A stretch of DNA of 64,000 bases from Candidatus Thiothrix sulfatifontis (GCA_022828425.1 CP094685.1:3016046-3080045), one strand, 5' to 3'; positions 37,898-46,028 are shown, counted from the first letter of the stretch. Numbers and translations are program-made. Notes: a model not told the origin generated them from the sequence alone.

Positions 37898-38095
37898 ATG
37901 CCCGCAACGCAAGTTAAAACCAAAGTTGAATTCAAGATGACCAAAGTTCCATTCAAGCTTAATTTGCCTGAAGACATTCATGACTGGCTTGCAAAACGTG
38001 CTGAAGCTAATGGTCGGGCGCGTAGTTCTGAATTGGTGCAAATTCTGAAAGCCGTAAAAAGCCAAGATGCTGAAAACGTACCAAAGGTTTTGTAG
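37898..38095 (+). CDS. Arc/MetJ-type ribbon-helix-helix DNA-binding protein
   Basis: 65 aa with a strong AGGAGG RBS. FKLNLPEDIHDWLAKRAEANGRARSSELVQILK is a typical Arc-family RHH. Confidence 0.7.
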   Translation: MPATQVKTKVEFKMTKVPFKLNLPEDIHDWLAKRAEANGRARSSELVQILKAVKSQDAENVPKVL

Positions 38096-38102
38096 TTGGG
38101 AT

Positions 38103-38140
38103 GGCAAGGGGCTTATTGGTATCTGTTCACCCTTGCCTTT
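38103..38140 (+). terminator. Intrinsic terminator after the Arc-like gene
   Basis: GGCAAGGG-N19-CCCTTGCC followed by TTT. Confidence 0.55.
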
Positions 38141-38390
38141 AGTGGGTTATGTTTTTGAGTTGGAGCATAGCCCGCTCTTTTTATGCTTATGGAATTATGT
38201 ATAAATTCCAATGATTTAACGATTTTTTGTTGTGAGCCGCGCTTTTATACCCTGTGGCGTGGCATTCGGGCGGCGGGTAACGTCATGTGGTGCTAATGAC
38301 CTTAGCACGCAACCCGACCGCCTGCTTTTTATTCCCCATCTGTTGCAATCCCTAACCCCTTCGCATTACCGTCTGCTAAGCCGGGACAAT

Positions 38391-38470
38391 AAAAAAGGGG
38401 AAAGTTAGTGGCTTTCCCCTTTTGCGTGTTCCTGAGTAGAAGTTCTGACGATCTGACAGGAAGGTAAAGT
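38391..38470 (+). promoter_or_regulatory. Conserved hairpin plus leader preceding the element A cargo gene
   Basis: A-run, GGGGAAAG/CTTTCCCC hairpin, T-run, then TGACGATCTGACAGGAAGGTAAAGT-ATG. The counterpart at 52660-52738 has compensatory stem changes. Confidence 0.6.
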
Positions 38471-39133
38471 ATGGGCGAAGGCGCGGGTAACGACAAGAGC
38501 CATTATGTGATTGATGGTGAGGACTGGGCAAAGTGCAATAACCCATTCGATACGGTTATTGATGAACTCGCAGAACACGCGCCGCAACTGCTAGGAAACA
38601 CCGACCATGCAAAGCTAATACGCCAGTCTTTCAGGGCATTCGTGAAGCCAGAAGGCATTATATATTCAGGGATTTTTATTAGAGGAGGCTCGTGCTTTTG
38701 GCTGCATTTACTGAGAGCTGAATTGATGAACGAATTCAAGCACAAGACTGTAAAGACCAAGCCGCAAAGATGGTGTGAAATGAGCAAGGGCGTTAAGCGC
38801 GAACACTATAAAGACCTGCATAAGCAAGTGGTCAAGATGGTGGGTTCGCTGGAAAAAATGCGCCTAAGCGACGATGAACTATTGTTGTCAGCAATTACAA
38901 AAACAGCATCAGAAAACGACACTAGCATCATTGAATTGCTAACCGCGTTAGATGACCACATCAGCAAGTTATCACACCAAAGAAGCACCTTAGAGAAATA
39001 CATTGATAGCGATATTCGCAAGTCAAAGAAATACATTGATAGCGATATTCGCGGGTCAAAACCTGTAAGTTTGCCTGTTGACGTGCGGGTATTTGTTAAA
39101 GTGATGGCGCGGCGATTAGTAAATGGCGAATTC
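38471..39133 (+). pseudogene. Cargo gene of element A, 5-prime part (interrupted by IS30-family element)
   Basis: Reading frame continues in phase at 40244-40396 once the IS is removed (271 aa restored). Internal 33-bp tandem duplication (KYIDSDIR x2 at 38996-39052). No recognisable domain. Confidence 0.6.
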
Positions 39134-40243
39134 GTATCATAAGTGCATAACCCGTTAATCGAGACGGGGTGCGGCTTTCCTCATAAGGTCAGAGGCAAGA
39201 TGTGGTAAAAAGCATCCCGAAAAACCACTAACGGGAGAGCCTTATGGCATACGGACATCTTACCTCTGAAGAGAGGCATTATATCGAAACACGGCACAAG
39301 ATGGAGGATTCCACCACGGCAATAGCGTTAGCACTGGGACGCAGCCAATCGACGATTAGTCGTGAACTGGGTCGTAACCGAGGTCAACGTGGCTACCGTC
39401 ACAAGCAAGCGCACAACAATGCTCAGTGCCGCCATGCAGAGAAGCCGAAAGCGGTCAAGTTAACCCCGGCACTGACGCTCAGCATTGATAGCCTGCTGGA
39501 ACAGCAATGGAGTCCTGAACAGATCAGCGGCAGACTAAAAGGAGAAGGCAAGGTGTGTGTTTGCCATGAAGCCATTTACCAGCATGTCCTGAAGGACAAG
39601 CGTGCGGGCGGCAAGCTGTACCTGAACCTGCGCCGCCATGCGAAGACCTACCGTAAGCGTTATGGCAGCACCACGGGCAGTGTCAAAGGCATCCCCAACC
39701 GGGTGGACATTGACGAACGCCCAGAGGTGGTCAATCAGCGTGAACGGCTAGGCGACTGGGAAGCGGACACCATGATTGGCAAGGGACACCAAGGCGCATT
39801 AGTGACACTGGACGAACGCAAATCCAAGCTACGTCTGGCGTTCCCAGTAGCGAACAAGACTGCTGAAGCGGTGACGTGCAGCATTATCACCTTGCTGTCC
39901 GGCTTCAAGGAGTGGGTACACACGCTCACCTTCGATAACGGCAAAGAGTTTGCCAAACATGAGCAAGTTGCCCAAGCCATTGGGTGCAAAACGTATTTCG
40001 CCAAGCCCTACCATTCGTGGGAGCGCGGGCAAAATGAGAACGCCAATGGGCTGTTACGCCAATACTTCCCCAAAGCAATGGGATTGTTGGACGTGACGAC
40101 TCGACAGGTGTTGGAGGCTGTACATAAACTCAACAACAGACCAAGGAAATGTCTGGGGTTCAAGACACCTTACGAGGTGTTCCGCGAGCTATCCGGCATG
40201 GATGCTGAAAAGTTGGTGGGTTATGCACTTATTACTTGAATTC
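39128..40243 (+). mobile_element. IS30-family insertion sequence
   Basis: Terminal inverted repeats GAATTCGTATCATAAGTGCATAACC (39128-39152) and its partner at 40219-40243 (21/25 match). The transposase stop lies inside the right IR. Confidence 0.8.
39244..40239 (+). CDS. IS30-family transposase
   Basis: 331 aa. N-terminal HTH (LTSEERHYIE...GRSQSTISRELGRN) and DDE region (WEADTM...TFDNGKEF...NENANGLLRQYFPK). Confidence 0.9.
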   Translation: MAYGHLTSEERHYIETRHKMEDSTTAIALALGRSQSTISRELGRNRGQRGYRHKQAHNNAQCRHAEKPKAVKLTPALTLSIDSLLEQQWSPEQISGRLKGEGKVCVCHEAIYQHVLKDKRAGGKLYLNLRRHAKTYRKRYGSTTGSVKGIPNRVDIDERPEVVNQRERLGDWEADTMIGKGHQGALVTLDERKSKLRLAFPVANKTAEAVTCSIITLLSGFKEWVHTLTFDNGKEFAKHEQVAQAIGCKTYFAKPYHSWERGQNENANGLLRQYFPKAMGLLDVTTRQVLEAVHKLNNRPRKCLGFKTPYEVFRELSGMDAEKLVGYALIT

Positions 40244-40396
40244 ACCAATCATTTTTCCCTTGATCGTGTGCCAAACCGTTTGATAGCCAGTATTGCCAGC
40301 CTAAAATATGAAAAATGGCAAGGTGAGGCTGTGGTGATAACAGAGAAACACGTTGAGGATTTAACAATAAATCAAGACCTTAACGCACCTTTTTAG
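40244..40396 (+). pseudogene. Cargo gene of element A, 3-prime part
   Basis: TNHFSLDRVPNRLIASIASLKYEKWQGEAVVITEKHVEDLTINQDLNAPF, in frame with 38471-39127 across the IS. Confidence 0.55.
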
Positions 40397-40639
40397 CCAA
40401 TACCGGATAGACCCCCCTAAAAAACTTGCACTCTATCCGGTCGGTAGAATCGGGGTTGTGTTGTTCAATGTTCCGTGGAGAACGCCAATCGAAACGATAG
40501 GCGAAAAAAAACCCCGAAACCGTATGAAGCGGCGGCGGGGTAGAAACAATTTTACGGAAGCAATTTTATGATACTCACCAGACACACACAACCAAAACCG
40601 AATGATTCCTCGAAATCATCCCAAAAAACAAAACACACC

Positions 40640-40684
40640 TTATCCGCTGATAAGTTGACCGAATCCCCGACTTTCCCCCATACT
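40640..40684 (+). promoter_or_regulatory. Conserved sigma70-like promoter with adjacent TTATC-N4-GATAA inverted repeat (element A)
   Basis: TTATCCGCTGATAA (40640-40653), -35 TTGACC (40655-40660), 18-nt spacer, -10 CATACT (40679-40684). Identical block at 53752-53796. Confidence 0.5.
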
Positions 40685-40690
40685 GCCCCT

Positions 40691-40784
40691 GTCGATGCAA
40701 AGCACCGGCAAACAGCAAAATTCTGGGACTATCATCCCTATATCTGGCGGCAAACCCGCCTTGACGACGCAGCGGGATTTTTTA
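40691..40784 (+). ncRNA. Candidate ~90-nt leader or small RNA ending in an intrinsic terminator with a competing upstream hairpin (element A)
   Basis: Hairpin 1 is GGCGG(40746-50)/CCGCC(40756-60). Hairpin 2 is CCCGC(40755-59)/GCGGG(40772-76) plus T6. The two share bases, so they are mutually exclusive. Confidence 0.4.
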
Positions 40785-40936
40785 TGCCCGTAGACTTCGC
40801 ACACAGCGGCTTTATGCCGGGTATGCGTGGAATACAACATGGTGTAAACCGAAACAAGCGCGTCGTGCTCCAGATAGACGATGATAGTACCCGGCAATTT
40901 TTGCCAAATATCAAAACTAAATCTGGAGCGGTCATC

Positions 40937-41284
40937 ATGACAGCAATCACTATGGGCAACACTGCCCGCACTCTATCGGCGTACCTGCCACACCTCCCTA
41001 TTGCACTGCCCAAAGCAGGCAAAAAACGCACCCCGATCACCGACCTTGTGTATGAGTCGACGCAAACCGGCCTGATCGTGTATCAGGACAACATCCCCGT
41101 CGCATGGGTATACCCCGGATACCACAAAGGTCAAATCGCCAACCAACCCGCAACGTGCAACTTTGTCGACGTCGCCTTTCACCGTCGCACCGAACACGGG
41201 GTGAACCTCGAAACACACGATTTTCTCACCCTGCAAGAAGCCCTCGACTTCGTGCGCACCACCTTCGGCGGAGGTGTGCAATGA
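40937..41284 (+). CDS. Conserved hypothetical protein (115 aa)
   Basis: ATG 40937 after GGAG. ORF track extends to 40568 across the promoter/terminator region. 5 differences from the B copy over 115 aa. Confidence 0.5.
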   Translation: MTAITMGNTARTLSAYLPHLPIALPKAGKKRTPITDLVYESTQTGLIVYQDNIPVAWVYPGYHKGQIANQPATCNFVDVAFHRRTEHGVNLETHDFLTLQEALDFVRTTFGGGVQ

Positions 41285-41514
41285 TCAGTTCGATAGACCG
41301 TGTTATCAGCATTGGGAAAGTGTACGAAGACCTCGAAAACCTACACAACGTGATGCAAGTGTGTGTGGATTCGATGCAATACCACAACGTCCTAGAGCTG
41401 GACAGTGTTAAGCAGGTGTTGATCAGCGCAACCGAAAAAGCCTATGCCGCCTACAACGCCGCGAAAGAAATTCATGATGAGATGCTGGCGGAATTAAAGG
41501 ACGGTGAAAAATGA
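41281..41514 (+). CDS. Hypothetical protein (77 aa), element A specific
   Basis: ATG overlaps the upstream stop (ATGA), with a GGAGGTG RBS. Position equivalent to the non-homologous 54390-54620. Confidence 0.45.
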   Translation: MISSIDRVISIGKVYEDLENLHNVMQVCVDSMQYHNVLELDSVKQVLISATEKAYAAYNAAKEIHDEMLAELKDGEK

Positions 41515-41822
41515 GCACGAAACTCGACACCAGCCCCAACCGCGCAACCCGTCGCATCCGTCGCAACCGTGACGCCATCCGCCGGGCGCAAATCATTGAG
41601 CAAATCCCGTCCTACACCGTCAACGGCGATCCGCTGCTAACCGAAAAAGAGTCGGCGGCCTATCTCGCAGTCGGCGCCCGCACGCTCGAAGCATGGCGTC
41701 ACCGCCACCCCGACCGCCTGCCCCACATCCGTGTCGGGCGCAACGTGCGTTATCGCCGCTCGGTGCTCGATAACTACCTGCAAGCCCAAACCGTCACCGA
41801 CGGGCGCGGGGTACGCAAATGA
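41511..41822 (+). CDS. AlpA/excisionase-type HTH DNA-binding protein with basic N-terminal extension
   Basis: 103 aa. LLTEKESAAYLAVGARTLEAWRHRHPDRLPHIRVGRNVRYRRSVLDNYL is an HTH_17/AlpA-like pattern. 4 substitutions from the B copy. Confidence 0.7.
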   Translation: MSTKLDTSPNRATRRIRRNRDAIRRAQIIEQIPSYTVNGDPLLTEKESAAYLAVGARTLEAWRHRHPDRLPHIRVGRNVRYRRSVLDNYLQAQTVTDGRGVRK

Positions 41823-42022
41823 GCCACCCACAAACCAACCTGACCCCGGCACTCGATTTGCACCCCGATCACATCGCCCTGACAGATGCGGAATGGATAG
41901 AGCGCCTAAGCAAAACCCATGCAGAAATCAAGCGCCGCCAGCAACTGGCGCAACCCGACAACAGTTATGCATTTTCTGCATACCACTATGTGCGTTGGAT
42001 TAACCGGAGCGTAGGACTATGA
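41819..42022 (+). CDS. Hypothetical protein (67 aa), homologue of 54925-55128
   Basis: Translationally coupled. Shared motifs include KRRQQLA-PDN-Y-FSA and RWINRSV. Confidence 0.45.
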   Translation: MSHPQTNLTPALDLHPDHIALTDAEWIERLSKTHAEIKRRQQLAQPDNSYAFSAYHYVRWINRSVGL

Positions 42023-42363
42023 ACGAACCAACATTATCACTAGTCAAGCTCGCACAAGAGCTTTGCAACAGCGGGCGCACCCCACAAGAGGCCGTCAGTG
42101 GTTTGCTGGTGGCAGCGCTCAATAATAAGAGCCTCGAATACCTGCAAGGTGCAGACGTTAATCAAGCCATTGCGGAACTGGAGCGCCGTTTCAGCGGCTA
42201 CCTGATCAAGCCATGGGAAAGCGCTCTACAAGAATTAGGCTATGCCCTCGAATGCATCCGCCAATTAGTAGCACTGGCAGAAGAGCACGAAACCGACGCG
42301 GCGGTGTGTGTACGCGTCGCGCAACGTTTCTTGAAAAAGTTTGAGGGCAACAACCATGGCTAA
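42019..42363 (+). CDS. Hypothetical protein (114 aa)
   Basis: Coupled ORF between the 67-aa gene and rep. Its stop overlaps the rep start. Confidence 0.4.
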   Translation: MNEPTLSLVKLAQELCNSGRTPQEAVSGLLVAALNNKSLEYLQGADVNQAIAELERRFSGYLIKPWESALQELGYALECIRQLVALAEEHETDAAVCVRVAQRFLKKFEGNNHG

Positions 42364-43639
42364 GCGTTTCGACCGTGACGAATGGGAAGATTCCCTCACC
42401 CGCATTAACCGCATTCTGGCAGAGAAACACGCCCGCGAAAGCGGCGCGTTTTCCGCTGTTTCTGGCGACGCTGGCGGCGCTGAATATCCCCCGTACTGTA
42501 ATACGGGGGGTTATGACGATTCCCACAAAATCAGCAAGTTACAAAAAACCGAAAAATCCTATGACCTGAATGTGACGGCTGTTGACTGGTTGCGCCTAAC
42601 CACTACCGACCTTGATGCATACGCGCAAACCATGGGCGATTTGCTGGCAGATGGCGGCCTTTTCAACCATGCCGATATGGATGTTAAATGGACAGATAAA
42701 GGAATGCACGGCTATGACTCTTCAGCCGCTATCCTGATATGGAAGGACAACGACTACCTGACAGTAGGCCACATTGCCAAGGCTGAATCAGGCCGCAATA
42801 AAGGCGGATTGCTGGAGCTAACCGGAACAGGTTGCAAAGTGCTGCAACTCGAACACCCTGCTTTGTGGCTGGAATTGTTCAACTTGTTGCAGTACCACGA
42901 CTGGCGAATTTCCCGCGTTGACGTGGCGTTAGACCTGCATGGCGAATACGCCCGCGAAATGGGCTACACCGTGCCAAGCCTGCTACTGCAAGCCAAGAAT
43001 AGCGGCCTGTTCCAGTCCGACCGCCTACGCAATCCCAACATGAAGCAATCATTTAGCATGGCGGGCGATTGGTCGGATTTAGCCATTGGCAACATTACCC
43101 CGCACACCTATGACCCGTTAGAGCATTGCCCGGCGGGTTTGACTGCCTATGTCGGCAACCGTAAAACAGCCGATGATTTTTTTCGGGTATACGAAAAAGG
43201 CAAAGAGCTATTAGGTGGCATGGCGGAACCCGAAAGCATAGATCGGGGCTGGATCCGCATTGAGCACGAAATGAGCCGCAAAGCCACCGGGCGCAATATC
43301 CCGCTTGAAGTCATGTTACGGCCTGATGCGTACTTTTGTGAAAGCCGATCAGGTGTGCGCACAATTCTCGATGCAGTCCGTGAACGCCAGTCATTAGAGG
43401 CCGCGCTTCAGTACCAGCGTGAACAATTCAAACGTGAGAAAGGCTTGCTGCTATTCAAAAAGCTGCATTGGGCGCGTCATTCTTACGGGCGCTTAGTGCG
43501 CACGCTGGTTGAACAAGGCATGGAAGCGAGCGAAATTGTCGATATGCTTTCTCGCATCAGCGGCTTAAAAGAATTCGTATTCGATCTGGCAGACCCACCA
43601 CAAGAATACGCGCGGTTTCGGGTAGAGGTGGCTGTATGA
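42356..43639 (+). CDS. Rolling-circle replication initiation protein, Rep_trans-like family
   Basis: ATG 42356. VDWLRLTT, HGYDSS, LELTGTGC, ISRVDVALD, GLTAYVGNRKTADDFFRVYEKGKE and WIRIEHEMSRKA fit the replication initiation factor (pT181 RepC/CTX RstA-type) pattern. Confidence 0.7.
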   Translation: MAKRFDRDEWEDSLTRINRILAEKHARESGAFSAVSGDAGGAEYPPYCNTGGYDDSHKISKLQKTEKSYDLNVTAVDWLRLTTTDLDAYAQTMGDLLADGGLFNHADMDVKWTDKGMHGYDSSAAILIWKDNDYLTVGHIAKAESGRNKGGLLELTGTGCKVLQLEHPALWLELFNLLQYHDWRISRVDVALDLHGEYAREMGYTVPSLLLQAKNSGLFQSDRLRNPNMKQSFSMAGDWSDLAIGNITPHTYDPLEHCPAGLTAYVGNRKTADDFFRVYEKGKELLGGMAEPESIDRGWIRIEHEMSRKATGRNIPLEVMLRPDAYFCESRSGVRTILDAVRERQSLEAALQYQREQFKREKGLLLFKKLHWARHSYGRLVRTLVEQGMEASEIVDMLSRISGLKEFVFDLADPPQEYARFRVEVAV

Positions 43640-43712
43640 GCAAGATATTAAAATTTACCTTTAGACTCGTTGGAACAACTTCCCACGCTCAAAAAACCGG
43701 AGGTGATGCGGT

Positions 43713-43925
43713 ATGAAAACCGATTATTACATCAACCTAGATAACGAAGTTGTACAGGTAGAAATGCTCGAATGGCTCGAAGATGGTACGTACTTTGACG
43801 AAGATCAAAACGATGATGAAAGCATTCTTGTGGAACTGCCATGTTCTCGTTATTGCATTGGTGATGAAGATGGCGACGGCATCAGCGTATGGCTAAATGA
43901 GGATATGCAGGAGGTGATTCTGTGA
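43713..43925 (+). CDS. Hyper-acidic 70-aa protein
   Basis: 21 Asp/Glu versus 2 Lys/Arg. GGAGGTGAT RBS. 10 differences from the B copy at 57643-57855. Confidence 0.55.
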   Translation: MKTDYYINLDNEVVQVEMLEWLEDGTYFDEDQNDDESILVELPCSRYCIGDEDGDGISVWLNEDMQEVIL

Positions 43926-44305
43926 ATCCACTACTTTCACCCGCTGAGCAAACGCACCTCGACACCGTGCGCAACCGTCAGCACTTCCCTGATGACCTTG
44001 ACCGCACCCCGGCAAAAGCAGGCGTAAGCGATTTTGCCCACTGGTTAGCGCGTCTCGATTATCACGCGGCGTTTGTCCGTGTGGTGCAATTGCTGGTGCT
44101 GCTGAGCATCGCTTTCGCCATCTATAAGCTGGTGCTGATCTGGGCTGAATACCCCGGCGTCGCATTCCTGCCATTCCTCAATATGCACACCCCGCTGATG
44201 ATTTTCAGCGGATTATTCACAGCAACTTACATTCAGCATCGGGAATCCGAAGTTGTGGCAATTATCGCCCTGCTTTCCACGATGATGAATTCATTACTGG
44301 TTTAA
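43922..44305 (+). CDS. Small membrane protein (127 aa)
   Basis: GTG start after AGGAGG. 2-3 TM segments. N-terminus NPLLSPAEQTHLDTVR is homologous to 58067-58423 (NPLLTPREQAHVASVR). Confidence 0.5.
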   Translation: MNPLLSPAEQTHLDTVRNRQHFPDDLDRTPAKAGVSDFAHWLARLDYHAAFVRVVQLLVLLSIAFAIYKLVLIWAEYPGVAFLPFLNMHTPLMIFSGLFTATYIQHRESEVVAIIALLSTMMNSLLV

Positions 44306-44315
44306 GGAGAAGATC

Positions 44316-46014
44316 ATGAGACAACAGCAAAATCGAAGCCAAGAAAAAGAAATCATGGAAAAGCAATTAGAAGTACACAAAAAGCAAGACCGGCGCGGCG
44401 GTATGCTGCTGAGTTTGGGCGGTGTGTTGACCGCGTTAATGTACTTCATGTTCGAGAAGCACCTGTTTTTGGGTGAAGCAATCACGTGGTCGGCCTATTT
44501 CAACGAATGGCATTCGGCACTGGATTTTATCCTGATGTTTGTCATCGTGGTGATGAGCGCAATATTTTTGGCATGGGTAAAACATCATGCATACCTGCAC
44601 TTCGGTCTATACGGTTCCATCGGCCTGATCGTGTTCACCGTCATCGGGTTTGCCCTGTTCGCGGAATTCTTCAGTAGCAGCGCCAGCCAAGACACCAAAA
44701 GCCGGGTACTGCTGCAAAATGATCAAGCCTATCAGTCGACGCTCGCACCCGTCGCCAGCATCGCCCCTGCCCTGCCCACTGAGCAGCAACGCGGCGGCAA
44801 TTGCCAAGGCCGAACAGATGTATGCTCGCTGCATGGCGAACCTAGGCAAGCCGGGTTACAAGCATTGCGATGGCGACAAAGCCACCTTGAGCAGCCTCAA
44901 AGCCTCTGATGCAGCGGCGCTACAGGCAGCAAAAGAAATTGCAATACAGACCAACGCCGCCACCACCAAAATGAACCACGACCGTCAGGACAAGCTCAAA
45001 GCCGATTCATACAACGCGGTCATCGTCTCGATTGCGCAAGCGATCGGCTCACTCACTGTCACCGACTACAAGGACAACATCAAAGCCGCAACCGTGCTCA
45101 CCATGTTGATCGTGGCAATTGCTTTTGAAATCCTCCACCACTTCTTAGCTCACGCGAAAGAACGCGCTCAAAATGCCGTCTATGCAATTGAACTAGAACT
45201 AGCCAAGTACGAAGGCTCGGCACTGCCCCCAACATCCGACAACGTGACACCTGACAATGACGGCGCATTCAAACAGACCGGCGTCGGGTTCACTGCCAAC
45301 CTCGGCAAATCGCCAGCCGCGAACCACTCACCTACCCCGGCGGAAACGGACAAGCCCCTGTTCAAATACCAGCAAAAACCACCAGCCGATCACAGTGGTT
45401 TCGTTGGCTTCGTTAATACCAACAACCTGAAAAAATCCGCCAGTGACGAACGCCCATTCTACGGATTCAAGGATGCAAAAAAGCAATCAGCACTCGATGT
45501 GCTTAACCTTGCTCACGGATCCGAAGACCGGAAAACCCGCGAAAATCGCACCGTCAACAAAGAGCACTTGCCTACCCTGCCAGCCACTCAGAAAACAGGT
45601 TTGACCGGCATCAGAAATCCGGCATTAGGCAAAAATGAAGCGGTTTATGAGCTACCTCTCGCTGCTGAAAATCCACGTGTAATTACACGTGTACCGGATG
45701 GCGAAACCACGCTCGATAACGGCCTACAGGCGGCGCAAAAAGCACGTGTAATTACACGTGTACCCGACAACGAATCCACACTCGATAGCGACCTGTACGA
45801 AGAACTGAAAGCACGTGTAATTACACGTGAAATCAGTCCAACATTCAGACCTATCATTCAGTGGTTAGCGGGTAAGGCCGTCGGCAAAAACACCCAGCAT
45901 CGGCAACTGCTGGCAGCGGCGGCGCTCGACCGGATGCACCGTGAAAACGTGTTGACCCTGAACCCAGCGAACGACGGTTCGGGCATCAAAAAAGCCAAGT
46001 ACATTGTGGTCTAG
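44316..46014 (+). pseudogene. Large membrane-anchored protein, apparent +1 frameshift near 44778 (homologue of 58435-60744)
   Basis: ORFs 44316-44909 and 44650-46014 together are colinear with the intact B protein. The frame switch falls within about 44700-44790, with the single base A at 44778 the best-fitting point. Confidence 0.6.
45674..45829. repeat. Three perfect 18-bp palindromes CACGTGTAATTACACGTG at 69-bp period inside the coding sequence
   Basis: Copies at 45674-45691, 45743-45760 and 45812-45829. Each encodes RVITR within a 23-aa protein repeat. Confidence 0.9.
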
Positions 46015-46028
46015 CCGCAATCACCAGA

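Noticed and set aside
40568-40936. Long versions (238 and 253 aa) of the conserved hypothetical gene, including 53632-54045
   Set aside because: The extension covers a conserved promoter, an inverted repeat and a terminator with T-run, and a good RBS plus ATG lies at 40937 and 54046. Caveat: one A/B indel in this stretch is in frame, so translation of a longer form is not fully excluded.
45674-45829. CRISPR array interpretation of the 69-bp, 57-bp and 259-bp periodic repeats (also 60379-60520 and 50649-51149)
   Set aside because: The spacers between repeats are themselves repeated, so they are not unique. The repeats are in frame within genes or duplicate a whole gene, and no cas genes are present.
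45645-45857. Minus-strand ORFs across the palindrome arrays (also 60296-60610)
   Set aside because: They are mirror images created by the palindromes (RVITR reads the same on both strands). They lie inside longer plus-strand genes with homologues.
42356-46014. Integrated filamentous (inovirus-like) prophage
   Set aside because: A Rep_trans-type Rep followed by small and membrane proteins is suggestive. However, I found no Zot/pI-type morphogenesis ATPase (no Walker A motif in the downstream genes), no secretin and no ssDNA-binding candidate.
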